Assembly: GCA_965249615.1 (NCBI GenBank)
Contig: CBDFMI010000006.1
Location: 444,132-508,131 of the forward strand
Reading direction: 5' to 3'
From: a bacterium
Lineage (GTDB): Bacteria > UBA8248 > JACPRG01 > G963555815
Length of the DNA: 64,000 nucleotides
Under the pieces are notes generated by a model, which was given only the letters and a program-made list of their open reading frames with translations, was not told where the DNA came from and did not search any database. Of this stretch, positions 1 to 9,831 are shown one piece after another. The position numbers and the translations under genes were made by a program. Every line of letters starts with the position of its first letter. Position 1 is the stretch's first letter.

Positions 1-28
1 AAGGTGGTCATGGCCAGGCAGACTCCTC

Positions 29-733
29 TTGTTCACAGCCCTTTTTGTGATGGGTGTTGTGCAAGGGGGGGGATTTGCGCAAGAGCCGGATGTGACATTT
101 GAGGCGGGGCAGGAGGCGGTCCTCCAGCCGATCCCCGAAGTGAGCGACAAGTTTTTCGGCCAGAAGGTGGCTATCTTCTCTTTTGTCAACAAATCTCTCT
201 CTCGATATGCCTTTCTGGGGAACGCATCGAGCGATTTCCTCATTGAGTTCCTTCAGGACGCCGGCTTTCGGACGATAGAGGCAACGGGCCCCGAATTCGA
301 CAAGATTATGAGGGAGCTGAGACACAATGTCTCGGACCTCGTCGATGACGACACGGCCGCCCAAGTGGGAAAACACCTGGGGACGAACCTGGCCTTCATG
401 GGATCGGTGACGGACTTCAACATCGTGAAGGGAAAGGGCCGGCGGGGCATCTCGATCGGGGGGTTCGGCCTCGGCGGTAGCGGAGGGTCGATCGCCTATA
501 CTGTCCAGGTGGCGGGGCGCCTCGTGGACATCGAGACGCGGGAGATCCTGGCCTCCAAGACATCCGTCATAAAGAAAGTCTTCAAGGTGTCCGGGGGAAG
601 TTTCGTCACGCCCTGGGGGAGCTTCAGCCAGGATGCGGACGTGAACGTGGTGAACGAGACCGGCGGTAGGATCCTCCAGCAAGCGCTGAACGATATGATG
701 ATCAAGATGGTAAAACGCCTCAATAGATTCTAA
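29..733 (+). CDS. CsgG/HfaB-family secreted protein (curli-assembly CsgG-like fold)
   Basis: N-terminal hydrophobic signal-like segment. KVAIFSFVNKS...FLQDAGF...RE...VDDDTAAQVGKHLGTNLAFMGSVTDF...VAGRLVDIETREILAS matches the CsgG-family pattern. The frame stays open to nt 2, so the true start may lie upstream of the window. Confidence 0.55.
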   Translation: MFTALFVMGVVQGGGFAQEPDVTFEAGQEAVLQPIPEVSDKFFGQKVAIFSFVNKSLSRYAFLGNASSDFLIEFLQDAGFRTIEATGPEFDKIMRELRHNVSDLVDDDTAAQVGKHLGTNLAFMGSVTDFNIVKGKGRRGISIGGFGLGGSGGSIAYTVQVAGRLVDIETREILASKTSVIKKVFKVSGGSFVTPWGSFSQDADVNVVNETGGRILQQALNDMMIKMVKRLNRF

Positions 734-813
734 TCGGTTGCTTGGGGGCCTCCGTCGGAGGAGAGGAAGATAGCGCTGTTTTTCGAAGCCCGTCTTTGGA
801 ACCAGACCTCTTG

Positions 814-2259
814 ATGAAAAGAAGTTTATTTGTGCGAGGAGTCCTGAAAGGGGCCCTAGGGCTGGGGTTTGTCGCTGCCCTGGGCTTGATTCTGACACCC
901 GGGGCCTTTGGTTTGACCCTGGAGGAGGCGGCCCGACCATACCGGGGGAAGACCATCGTCCTGGGGGTGGCCTTCGCCCCTGCCATGAACGGCCTCCTGG
1001 AGCTTGTTGAGAAAGAGTTTGTCGCCCGCACCGGGATCAACGTAAAGATCGAGAAATATAGCCTTGGGCAATGGAACGAAAAGGGCGACGCTGACCTTTT
1101 TTCCCAAACTGGGCATTTCGACGTCCTTCAAATGCATCACAACCGGGCTCAGGACTGGGCCTTCAACGGCCATGTGCGCTGGATTAACGATTTCATGGAG
1201 GACCGAGAGCTCCGGGACCCGGACCTCGACCCTGAGGATTTTTTACAGCCCCTCTGGGATGACTACTGTCTCTTCGAAGACGGAAAGCGGGCCTGCTTTC
1301 CGTCGTTCAATTCTCAGGAGATCTACTGGTATCGAAATGACCTCTTCACGCACCCCGAGGAGCAGGCTGCTTTTAAGAAGAGATACGGGTATGACCTGGG
1401 GCCCGCGAAGACTTTTCAGCAGATGAAGGACATCGCTGAGTTCTTCACCCGAAAGAAGGATGAAAAACTCGCGGGGGGGATCTTGGAGGAAGATTTTTAT
1501 GGAATCGGCTTGTCAGGAGACCAGGAGCAGTCCACCGCTTGGGAGTGGTACACCGTCTTGCAGGGCTGGGGAGGAAGCCTTTTTGACAAGGAGGGGCGTC
1601 CCACCTTCGATCATCCCCGAAATATAGAGGCCATGAAGTGGTGGTTTGACATGCGAAGATTTGCCCCACCCCAGGTGGCCGAAACTGGCCGCATGGGTCT
1701 CTTCATCTGGATGACCAAAGGGAACGTTGCCCAAGCTATCCATCAAATTGACTTCTCTTTCGCTATTGACGACCCGAGGATCTCTAAGACCGTGGGGCTC
1801 TACGGCTATTCCCTTCTCCCCGTCAGGGAAGAGGGGATGGAACCGGGGGGATGGGGCGAGGCCGGGCCCTTGATCATCAGCAGATACAGCAAGAACCCCG
1901 AGGCGGCCTATCTCCTCATCCAGTGGATGAGCTCAAAAGAGGTCCAGGAGAAGTGGATTGAGGGGCCGGGAAGCGGGCTGCCGATCCGAAAATCCACGCT
2001 CAATCTTCCCTTTGTCCTAAAGCATTCGGCCTTTGCTCCTGCCATCCACAGTGCCCGGCGCGGGTGGTTTCAGCCCGGGTTCTCCGACTGGGCCACGGTA
2101 GAGCGGGTCTTTATCGTCACCCTCAGAGAGGCCGCCACCCACGAGACCCAGGTTGGAGAGGCTCTCGGTCGGGTTCAGAAGGGGGCCCTGGAAATTCACC
2201 CCGAGGGGAGCATCAATCCCGGCCAGCCCACAAGAAACGAGCTCTGGACTCACGAATAG
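814..2259 (+). CDS. Extracellular solute-binding protein (family 1, sugar-type ABC substrate-binding protein)
   Basis: ATG at 814 gives MKRSLFVRGVLKGALGLGFVAALG, a signal peptide. The length and W/Y-rich periplasmic-binding-protein pattern fit. No permease or ATPase gene lies adjacent. Confidence 0.65.
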   Translation: MKRSLFVRGVLKGALGLGFVAALGLILTPGAFGLTLEEAARPYRGKTIVLGVAFAPAMNGLLELVEKEFVARTGINVKIEKYSLGQWNEKGDADLFSQTGHFDVLQMHHNRAQDWAFNGHVRWINDFMEDRELRDPDLDPEDFLQPLWDDYCLFEDGKRACFPSFNSQEIYWYRNDLFTHPEEQAAFKKRYGYDLGPAKTFQQMKDIAEFFTRKKDEKLAGGILEEDFYGIGLSGDQEQSTAWEWYTVLQGWGGSLFDKEGRPTFDHPRNIEAMKWWFDMRRFAPPQVAETGRMGLFIWMTKGNVAQAIHQIDFSFAIDDPRISKTVGLYGYSLLPVREEGMEPGGWGEAGPLIISRYSKNPEAAYLLIQWMSSKEVQEKWIEGPGSGLPIRKSTLNLPFVLKHSAFAPAIHSARRGWFQPGFSDWATVERVFIVTLREAATHETQVGEALGRVQKGALEIHPEGSINPGQPTRNELWTHE

Positions 2260-2315
2260 ATCCTTTGGAGTGAGTTCCACCGTCTATCGATAGCCTTCAT
2301 CTTTGGAGGTGAAGG

Positions 2316-3248
2316 ATGCATCACGAGCTTCACGCTTCGCCAAAGACCGTCCATTGGGGCTTCTTTGACAGCCGGCTCAAGCCCGCTCTCTCCGTTGAGT
2401 CGGGAGACCGGGTGACCATCCATACGGTCTCGGGGGGAGGGCCGCCGGATCTCCTCAAAGACAAGATCAAGATTTTGCCGGAGCTCAAATCCATCCACGA
2501 GGAGGTGGAGCGGGGTGCCGGCCCTCACATCATGACCGGCCCCATCTGGGTGAAGGGGGCTGAGCCTGGGGATGTCCTGGAGGTTCGGATAGAAGATGTC
2601 CAGCTCCGCCAGGACTGGGGCTGGAATCTGATGCTGCCGCTAATGGGGGCCCTCTCCGAGAATTTCTGCCTTTCCCGCTATGTTGTCATCCCTCTCGATC
2701 GGGAGCGGATGGTGGCGAAAGGGCTTTCTGACACCCAGGTGCCCCTTCGGCCCTTCTTCGGGATCCTAGCGGTCGCCCCGCCTCCGGGATACGGGCGGGT
2801 CTCGAGCTTCCCGCCCAGAGAGTATGGCGGCAACATGGACAATAAGGAGCTGGTCCCCGGGACCACACTCTACCTCCCCGTCTTCAATCCGGGCGCCCTC
2901 TTTTCAGCCGGCGACGGCCACGCCGCCCAGGGGGATGGCGAGGTCAACCTGACCGCTATCGAGACGGCCATGACGGGGGTCTTCACCCTGATTGTCCGGA
3001 AAGATCTTTCGCTCAAGGTGCCCCGCGCCGAGACTCCGACCCATCACATCACGATGGGGTTTGACTCTGACCTGGATGACGCCGTGAAAGGGGCCCTTCG
3101 GGAGATGATCAAGTTTCTCGTAGAGGTCCAGGGTCTCAGCCCAGAGGATGCCTATACACTCTGCAGCATCGCTGTCGACTTTCGAGTGACCCAGCTTGTG
3201 AACAGCAATAAGGGGATCCACGCCATGCTGCCAAAGGATATCTTCTGA
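2316..3248 (+). CDS. Acetamidase/formamidase family protein
   Basis: HHELHASPKTVHWGFFD..., GPIWVKGAEPGDVLEV and GGNMDNKEL..G..LYLPV..GALFSAGDGHAAQGDGEV are typical FmdA/AmdA family motifs. GGAGGTGAAGG RBS lies before the ATG. Confidence 0.8.
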   Translation: MHHELHASPKTVHWGFFDSRLKPALSVESGDRVTIHTVSGGGPPDLLKDKIKILPELKSIHEEVERGAGPHIMTGPIWVKGAEPGDVLEVRIEDVQLRQDWGWNLMLPLMGALSENFCLSRYVVIPLDRERMVAKGLSDTQVPLRPFFGILAVAPPPGYGRVSSFPPREYGGNMDNKELVPGTTLYLPVFNPGALFSAGDGHAAQGDGEVNLTAIETAMTGVFTLIVRKDLSLKVPRAETPTHHITMGFDSDLDDAVKGALREMIKFLVEVQGLSPEDAYTLCSIAVDFRVTQLVNSNKGIHAMLPKDIF

Positions 3249-3336
3249 AGGTCAGAAGGCCTCCTTCGAACAAGAGTCGCTGGCTCTGATAGGGGGTTCG
3301 CTGGGAAGGTGAGGGACCCTCAGTCCCCAAAAGAAG

Positions 3337-3370
3337 ACAAAGGCCCCGGAGATTTCTCCGGGGCCTTTGT
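3337..3370. terminator. Bidirectional rho-independent terminator hairpin between convergent formamidase and cspA
   Basis: Near-perfect inverted repeat ACAAAGGCCCCGGAGA / TCTCCGGGGCCTTTGT, flanked by A-rich and T-rich tracts. Confidence 0.6.
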
Positions 3371-3432
3371 CGCCATCATGAGGGCTGGAAACGGGTGTTG
3401 CCTGTTCCCTGTGCCCTTTGGCATGAACCTGG

Positions 3433-3669
3433 TTAAGGAGCCGGCTGTTCCGACTGTTCCGGCTGTTGGCCGGCCCTCACCACGTTCACGGCCCTTGGGC
3501 CTTTGGCGTCCGTCTCGATGTCGAACTCGACGGCTTCACCTTCCGAAAGGGTCCTAAAGCCATCTCCCTTTATGGACGAAAAGTGGACAAATACGTCCTT
3601 TCCGTCTTCCTGGGTGATAAAGCCAAACCCCTTCGCTTCGTTGAACCACTTCACGGTCCCACGCGCCAT
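3433..3669 (-). CDS. cspA: Cold-shock protein (CspA family)
   Basis: [33 protein letters not shown] carries canonical RNP1/RNP2 cold-shock domain motifs. Confidence 0.95.
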   Translation of the reverse strand: MARGTVKWFNEAKGFGFITQEDGKDVFVHFSSIKGDGFRTLSEGEAVEFDIETDAKGPRAVNVVRAGQQPEQSEQPAP

Positions 3670-3827
3670 TCCTCACATCACCTCCTTTCTTCCTGCGGCC
3701 AGGAGTTTCCTCTTGTCACGGCGCGTCTTCGGGTCCGGCATAAAAAAAGCGAACCCCATGTCCGGGGCTCGCGGCACACTTCCAACGCGGACGGCCTGTC
3801 AACAGCACCCTGACAACTGGCAGCGAG

Positions 3828-3856
3828 AATGTATTATTTTCTTCCTCTTCTGTCAA
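3828..3856 (-). promoter_or_regulatory. Candidate sigma70-type promoter of cspA (TTGACA-N17-TACATT on minus strand)
   Basis: Minus-strand TTGACA sits at 3856-3851 and TACATT at 3833-3828, with a 17-nt spacer. This implies a 5' UTR of about 150 nt, which is typical for cspA genes. Confidence 0.4.
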
Positions 3857-4037
3857 CTCTTTTCTTGGTTGCCGAGAATCTTTCGAAAAGCGAAACCAAA
3901 ACGGGTGGGGGAAGGGAATATTGATGATGCAAAGACCCCCTCAAGCCCGTCTTTTTTAAGAGGCCGTCAATTCCCGTTGACATCTTCAGGGGGAACTCCT
4001 AGCCTCCCAGCCAGGAGTTTTAGAAGGAGTCTTCGCA

Positions 4038-4877
4038 TTGAGTCGTCTTTTTGGTTTGGTGCTGGCCCAGCTCGTCATCGGCGGCGTCTCGCTCCTCCTC
4101 TTGGTTCCCTTGCAGACGCTCGGCCGGCGTTTTTTTCGGACCTGCACCTGGATCTTTCTTGGGATACTCCTTTTCAGCTACTGGCTTCAGCCCCCCCCAG
4201 AGGGATATACCCGTCTCGGTTCTTTATTTAGCCAGGGCCTCTGGGCCACATGGGAGGGACGGGAGTTCGGGGGCCTTTCCCTTTATCTACTTCTCATCTT
4301 CTTACATCTTGTCTCACTCTATGCTTGGAGAGACCGGCTGGTCCGAGGTCTCCTCGGCCTGAGCGTCGCCTGTGGCGCCTTTGTGCTGTTCAGCAACTCG
4401 GCGGTCATGACGACGGTCGACATGTCGAGCCTTCAGGTGGGTCTCTTGCCTATAAATTTTTTCCTCTCGGCCTTGGCCCTTGGGACCGTTTTCACAGGGA
4501 TGCTCTTCGGTCACTGGTATCTGGTGGACCCTAGCCTCCCCTTGAGGCTTATCCACCGTTTCAGTTGGCTCCTTGTAGCGGTTCTCGTGGCCCAGGGGGT
4601 TGCGCTGATTTCCTTCGTCGTCTTCGGGTTTGAGCCGAGGCACTTTGCCGCCGTGTGGGGGGAGGGCGCCCTCTTCTCCTCCTGGGGCGTTTTTTTCTGG
4701 GGACGAGCCCTCTTCGGCCTCCTCGGGACTCTCCTCGTGGCCCTGGTCATCCTCTATAGCCTTCGGATCCACGCTACCCGGACTGCGACGGGATTTTTCT
4801 ATATTGCCATCCTCACGGTTTTTACGGGCGAGCTGATGGGGCGGTTCATTCTGTTCCTGGCGGCCGTTCCCGTCTGA
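4038..4877 (+). CDS. Polytopic membrane protein, unknown function
   Basis: TTG start 8 nt after AGGAG. About 8 hydrophobic helices. No family recognised. Confidence 0.5.
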   Translation: MSRLFGLVLAQLVIGGVSLLLLVPLQTLGRRFFRTCTWIFLGILLFSYWLQPPPEGYTRLGSLFSQGLWATWEGREFGGLSLYLLLIFLHLVSLYAWRDRLVRGLLGLSVACGAFVLFSNSAVMTTVDMSSLQVGLLPINFFLSALALGTVFTGMLFGHWYLVDPSLPLRLIHRFSWLLVAVLVAQGVALISFVVFGFEPRHFAAVWGEGALFSSWGVFFWGRALFGLLGTLLVALVILYSLRIHATRTATGFFYIAILTVFTGELMGRFILFLAAVPV

Positions 4878-4964
4878 GGGCCTGCACGCTCCCCCTGATC
4901 TATCCAGGACAACCTTTTTGTGGGGAGGACCCGAGGTCGGGGCGCCCCCCCCCTCAAAAAATCC

Positions 4965-5441
4965 TCAGCGCATGGTCCAGCCGATATAGAAGGCGCCGGC
5001 GGCGAGGGCCAGATTAAGGAAGGTCCCGACCTGGAGTCTCCGAAGTACCTTCATCTGCTCCTCGATCGGCATGGTGAACTCGCGGAGCTCAAGAGGGGCG
5101 TTGGCCCGGGTGAGCTTGAGGCCAACGCCAAAGAACTGGTGACTGCTGAAGAAGATGATGAGAAAGACGAGGAGAAGTTTCAGACTCAGGGATTTGTAGG
5201 TGATGGTAAAGAAATTCGCCCCAATGGCGATCTTGAGATCCGTTAGGAGGAAAGCCCCCGTCATCAACAGGAGACCAAGGAGAAAGAGGGCGTAGGGGTG
5301 GTAAAAACGGAGGATGCCGGCAACCCGCGCCATACACTCCTCGGGGGCCTTCCTTCGAAGAAGGGGAATGGCAAGAACACCCATGGCGAAGAGTGAGGCG
5401 ATGTAGATGATGGCTGCAAAAAGGTGGACCTTTAGCAACAT
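4965..5441 (-). CDS. Small 4-helix membrane protein, unknown function
   Basis: 158 aa with four clear hydrophobic segments. Convergent with the previous gene. Confidence 0.45.
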   Translation of the reverse strand: MLLKVHLFAAIIYIASLFAMGVLAIPLLRRKAPEECMARVAGILRFYHPYALFLLGLLLMTGAFLLTDLKIAIGANFFTITYKSLSLKLLLVFLIIFFSSHQFFGVGLKLTRANAPLELREFTMPIEEQMKVLRRLQVGTFLNLALAAGAFYIGWTMR

Positions 5442-5637
5442 TCCCCGGGTTCCATCCTAGCGAAGACATTCGGGGTCTCAAGGACCCAGTCCGCCTATAG
5501 GGCCCTTTCCTCATTGGAGGTCAGTCTAACCTCTCTTGGACTCTCGTCCAAGGGGGTTGTTTTGCGAGGACGGCAGGTTTCTCGAAAGGGACGGCTTAAG
5601 GGTGTCCGGGCTGAAAACGGGCTGAACAAAAGAGATC

Positions 5638-5666
5638 TTGCTGAATTTTGGAGAGGGGAGTATACT
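5638..5666 (+). promoter_or_regulatory. Candidate promoter of fbp (TTGCTG-N17-TATACT)
   Basis: Hexamers at 5638-5643 and 5661-5666 with a 17-nt spacer. An AT-rich leader of about 100 nt follows. Confidence 0.35.
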
Positions 5667-5769
5667 GGCGCCACTTTTTTACTAACAGATGTTCTCATCC
5701 AATCAGCCCATTCGCATCTGCTGTTCTCTTAATATATCGGTCTTCTATCGTCTGTGGGGAGGAGAAAAG

Positions 5770-6882
5770 ATGGAGATCACGTTAAGTGTCATTAAGGCGG
5801 ACATCGGGAGTGTGGGCGGGCATATCCGCCCGAGTAAACGACTGCTTGAAACGGTGCGGGACTTTGTCTCGCGAGAAGGGGCCTCCCTCGCCATCGATAG
5901 CTATGTGGGAGCGACAGGAGACGACATCGGCATCCTCCTAACCCATACCCGAGGGGCGAGCGATGAGGCCATCCATAAACTCGGCTGGGATGCCTTCAAG
6001 GCCGGGACGGAAGTGGCCAAATCCCAGGGGCTCTACGGCGCGGGTCAGGATCTTCTGAAGGACGCCTTCTCGGGGAATATCCGGGGGCTGGGGCCCGCTG
6101 TTGCAGAGATGACCTTCGAGGAGCGCCCCAATGAGCCCTTCCTCTTCTTTCAGGCCGACAAGACAGACCCGGGGGCCTATAACCTCCCGGTCTATCTTGC
6201 CTTTTTGGACCCCATGTGGTGTCCGGGCCTGATACTGAGCCCGAAGATGAAGGAGGGCTTTAAATTTACCATCATGGACGTGGCTTCCTCCGAGGAGGAC
6301 CGCGTCATTGAGCTCAACGCCCCAGAGGAACTCTACGACATCGCCACCCTCCTTCGGGACAACTCGCGGTTCGTGGTGGAGTCGGTTCACTCCCGCATGG
6401 ATGGGGAGATAGCTGCGGTAGTGAGCACATCGCGACTCCACAACATCGCGGGGACCTATACCGGAAAAGATGACCCTGTCATGCTGATCCGCTCCCAGGG
6501 CGGTTTCCCCGCCACAGGGGAGCTCCTTGCTCCCTACAGCATCGGCCACTTGGTGGCAGGCTGCATGCGGGGAAGCCACAACATGCCCCTCATGCCGGTT
6601 CACTACGGGAGCCCCATGTCCTTCTTCGACGGGCCTCCGGGCGTGAGCTGCCTTGCCTTCTGCGTTCACGAGGGGCGCCTCACTGAGCCGGCCGACGCCT
6701 TCGATCACCCGTTCTGGGACCACATCCGGGTGGAGATCTCTAAGAAGGCCGTCGAGGTCCGCCGCCAGGGCTTCTCAGGCCCCGCCATGCTGGGGATGAA
6801 TGAGCTGGAGTACACAGGGGTCGTGGAACGCCTGTCCCAGCTGGAGGAGCGATTCAGCGTGCGGGAAGAAGTGAAGGCCTGA
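5770..6882 (+). CDS. fbp: Bifunctional fructose-1,6-bisphosphate aldolase/phosphatase (class V FBPase, archaeal type)
   Basis: MEITLSVIKADIGSVGGH... N-terminus and whole-length pattern match the FBP aldolase/phosphatase family. ATG at 5770 is preceded by GGGAGGAG. The track ORF starts 27 codons too early. Confidence 0.9.
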   Translation: MEITLSVIKADIGSVGGHIRPSKRLLETVRDFVSREGASLAIDSYVGATGDDIGILLTHTRGASDEAIHKLGWDAFKAGTEVAKSQGLYGAGQDLLKDAFSGNIRGLGPAVAEMTFEERPNEPFLFFQADKTDPGAYNLPVYLAFLDPMWCPGLILSPKMKEGFKFTIMDVASSEEDRVIELNAPEELYDIATLLRDNSRFVVESVHSRMDGEIAAVVSTSRLHNIAGTYTGKDDPVMLIRSQGGFPATGELLAPYSIGHLVAGCMRGSHNMPLMPVHYGSPMSFFDGPPGVSCLAFCVHEGRLTEPADAFDHPFWDHIRVEISKKAVEVRRQGFSGPAMLGMNELEYTGVVERLSQLEERFSVREEVKA

Positions 6883-7129
6883 AAGACTAAAATCCCGCCT
6901 GAGACCGCGCTAGGGTTCGCAGACTTTTCCGAGGGTCCTCCGTGAGGGTCCTTCACTCGCCCTTTCGCATCAAACCCCTTCCAATTCAGTCTTGCGTGGG
7001 CCGGGGCTCTCTGGCATCTTGGTATCCGGAGTTCTCGACGACAGGCGCAAATGACGGGCATCTGGGAAGAGATGGGGTCCATTTGTTCCTAAATGGCTTC
7101 AGGGATGGATGAGTAGGGAGGAGTCTGGC

Positions 7130-7525
7130 GTGGCGATGAAATTTCCTGACGAGCTGAAGTACTCAAAGGAGCACGAGTGGGTCCGTGTGGACGGGAACCA
7201 CACCACGGTGGGGATCACGGAGCACGCCCAGGCGGAGCTCGGTGATGTCGTCCACGTGGAGCTTCCTGAGGTGGGAGCTGAGCTGGAGGCCAGCAATTCC
7301 TTTGGGACGGTGGAGTCTGTCAAAGCGGTTTCCGACCTCTTTGCCCCGGTCTCGGGCAAGGTGACCCAGGTTAACTCCGCTCTTGAAGAGCGGCCCGAGG
7401 TGATCAACTCCGACCCTTATGAAGATGGTTGGATGATTATTATTGAGATGTCCGACCCCGGCGAGCTGGATGGCCTGCTCTCCGCGGATGTGTACGGTAC
7501 CTACGTTGAGGAAGAGGACAGCTAA
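7130..7525 (+). CDS. gcvH: Glycine cleavage system protein H (lipoyl carrier)
   Basis: LKYSKEHEWVRV and the lipoyl-lysine motif ESVKAVSD are present. Start is GTG 7130 (6 nt after GGGAGGAG) or ATG 7136. Confidence 0.9.
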   Translation: MAMKFPDELKYSKEHEWVRVDGNHTTVGITEHAQAELGDVVHVELPEVGAELEASNSFGTVESVKAVSDLFAPVSGKVTQVNSALEERPEVINSDPYEDGWMIIIEMSDPGELDGLLSADVYGTYVEEEDS

Positions 7526-7673
7526 GTGCGTTTCGTCCTCCGCACCGAAGTGGATGTGGCAGCCAGCTAGGCGGCCATTGGGGCGCCTGGCCTAGAAAGC
7601 CTGCTTTCCTCCACGGCCCCGCCGACAATACCGCAGGCCTGATTCCTCTTTTTTCAAGGAGTGAAGCGCTCCC

Positions 7674-9794
7674 GTGGACGGTTTACAGTCAGATACTGGG
7701 AGCCGCTGGTCTCTTCTGTGGCGGGATTGTTTGGGGTGGCTATCGGTCTCAGCAGGTCTGGGTGTATTTGAATCGATCCTTCTGGCCTTCCAAAGACCTG
7801 AGATCAATCCCTTCGCAGTGATCGATCTTTTGGATCTCCTGAGCTCCGCCATCGTTTTAAATTCCTTGATGATTCTCCCAGTCTCAGCGGGCCATTTCCT
7901 CCTGTGTTTTCGCCTTTTGGGAGATCGCGACCGTCGGGCGCAGGGTCGAAACACGTTTTTATTCCACCTCGTTGTGTTCCTCGCGTTGGTGTTCACCATT
8001 TTTATTGGCCGAAGACTCATCTTCACGATCCCTGCAGCCATCGTGATCGCCACGGCCCTTTGGTTCGGACTGAAATATACACCCAGGCGGCTGGCCCGTA
8101 TGTTCGGGCTGGGTGTCACCGTTTTCCTGCTGGCCTTTCTTTCCTACGAATTTGCACGGCCATTTTATCCCCTAAAAAATCTCCGCGAGGTCCGGAACGA
8201 AGACAGCGCACTTCCAAATGTGCTCCTGGTGCTTGTGGATACGTTGCGGGCGGATCGGCTCTCCACATACGGCTATTCCAGGGAGACGTCCCCGTTCATT
8301 TCAAAGCTCGCGGGAGAGGGGGCGAAATTTACGAATTTCTATGCGAACGCGAGTTGGACTCCGCCGGCGACGGCAACGATTTTGACCGGCGTATTTCCCT
8401 CAATCCATGGAATAAACGGAACGTCGTTCCAAAAGAAGGCTCCGGTTAAGACGCTTTGTGAGGTTCTGCGCGGACACGGATACAACACGGCTGCGTTTGT
8501 CGCGAACCCATGGATCGGTGAGCGCAGTGGATTACTCGAAGGATGCGACTATCACAGCCCGATGTGGAACCCCTTTAGGCGAAACCACCAGAGACGTGAT
8601 GTCCCAGATCCATCCGCACCCTCTTTCCTGATCCTCGCCAGCGAGCCGATGCTGGAAAACATTTTCGTCTGGAGAAAGTTTGTTTTTTTGCCACGCATTT
8701 TCGTTTGGAATAGATTTGTTTCTTTGTCCGATAGGGTTGTAACCAGCCTTTTCATAATTGACAGGAAGAAGAGCCACCTCCTCCGCGGGGCATTTCGCCT
8801 AATTCAGGAGGTTGATGGAGATGGGAATGATAACCGAGAGGAGATAGAAAATCGCATTCCTCGTGCGGATGAGTTTACACATGGAGTCTTGAACTACGTC
8901 GATTATGTGGCATCGGTGGAAAACCATGATGGCCAAAGGACGAAATTCTTTATCTATCTGCACTATGTAGAACCGCATAGCCCGTATCAGTCACCTGGGC
9001 GCTATGGTCGCCTGTTTGATCCCCACTATCCGGATGAGCGTGTGACTGAGTATCCGGATCCGTCTGAAAATGGGACCACGCCGGAATTGCCGGATGCGCA
9101 GCTGCACAACCTTCAAGCACAATACGACGGAGAGACCCGTTACTTTGATGACAACTTCCAGTTCCTTTTCTCGAATCTAGAGGAAAGGGGGTTCGTGGAT
9201 AACACGTTGATTGTCTTTGTTTCTGACCATGGAGAGGAATTCTACGAGCATCGGGGATTTGGGCATGGGGGAACAGTCTTTGAGGAAGTGCTCAGAGTGC
9301 CTCCCATTTTATGGTACCCCGGCAGCTTGCCCGGCGGACTTGAGGTGGAGGAGCCGGGATCCCAGGTGGATCTAATGCCAACGATTATGGAGGTCCTCGG
9401 TCTTCCGGGGCCCGGGGATTTCCAGGGAAGAAGCTTGTTGCCGCTCATATATGGGGAGGAGAGCGGGGCGGCCATCTATGGAGAAAGCTCACGCGAGCCC
9501 CCTGGCCGCGAGCTTAGTTCTCATCGGTTTTTAGTTCATGGCCGATATAAATTTATCAACCAGGAAAAACCTGAGACAGAGCATGAAAAATTTCTTTTTG
9601 ACCTTCAGTTGGATCCGAACGAGCAAGAAAACATCTACGGCTCTGAAAAAAAGATAGCGGAAGAAATGGAGTTGCTACTGGAAAAATTCGTCACATTGGT
9701 CGAGAATGACCCCCGGTACTCTGAAAACCCAGAGGCCATCGGAGTTGACCCGGAACTGGAGGAGCGTCTGAAGGCTCTCGGATACGTTGAATGA
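7674..9794 (+). CDS. Membrane-anchored sulfatase-family (alkaline-phosphatase superfamily) protein, LtaS/EptA-like architecture, paralogue 1
   Basis: About 5 N-terminal TM helices, then VLLVLVDTLRADRLSTYGY, WTPPATATILTGVFPSIHG and VSDHGEEFYEH. Start codon is uncertain (GTG 7674). Confidence 0.8.
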   Translation: MDGLQSDTGSRWSLLWRDCLGWLSVSAGLGVFESILLAFQRPEINPFAVIDLLDLLSSAIVLNSLMILPVSAGHFLLCFRLLGDRDRRAQGRNTFLFHLVVFLALVFTIFIGRRLIFTIPAAIVIATALWFGLKYTPRRLARMFGLGVTVFLLAFLSYEFARPFYPLKNLREVRNEDSALPNVLLVLVDTLRADRLSTYGYSRETSPFISKLAGEGAKFTNFYANASWTPPATATILTGVFPSIHGINGTSFQKKAPVKTLCEVLRGHGYNTAAFVANPWIGERSGLLEGCDYHSPMWNPFRRNHQRRDVPDPSAPSFLILASEPMLENIFVWRKFVFLPRIFVWNRFVSLSDRVVTSLFIIDRKKSHLLRGAFRLIQEVDGDGNDNREEIENRIPRADEFTHGVLNYVDYVASVENHDGQRTKFFIYLHYVEPHSPYQSPGRYGRLFDPHYPDERVTEYPDPSENGTTPELPDAQLHNLQAQYDGETRYFDDNFQFLFSNLEERGFVDNTLIVFVSDHGEEFYEHRGFGHGGTVFEEVLRVPPILWYPGSLPGGLEVEEPGSQVDLMPTIMEVLGLPGPGDFQGRSLLPLIYGEESGAAIYGESSREPPGRELSSHRFLVHGRYKFINQEKPETEHEKFLFDLQLDPNEQENIYGSEKKIAEEMELLLEKFVTLVENDPRYSENPEAIGVDPELEERLKALGYVE

Positions 9795-9831
9795 AGGTTA
9801 AAGGGCTCGACTCGGACTTGGTGCACACAGC

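Noticed and set aside
3503-4231. 242-aa plus-strand ORF spanning cspA (antisense) and its upstream region
   Set aside because: It overlaps the unambiguous cspA gene and the start of the 4038 membrane protein gene in other frames, and has no motifs.
6883-7129. Possible glycine riboswitch upstream of gcvH
   Set aside because: I could not find the conserved glycine-aptamer core elements by eye. Only generic GC-rich hairpins are present. A covariance-model scan would be needed to revisit this.
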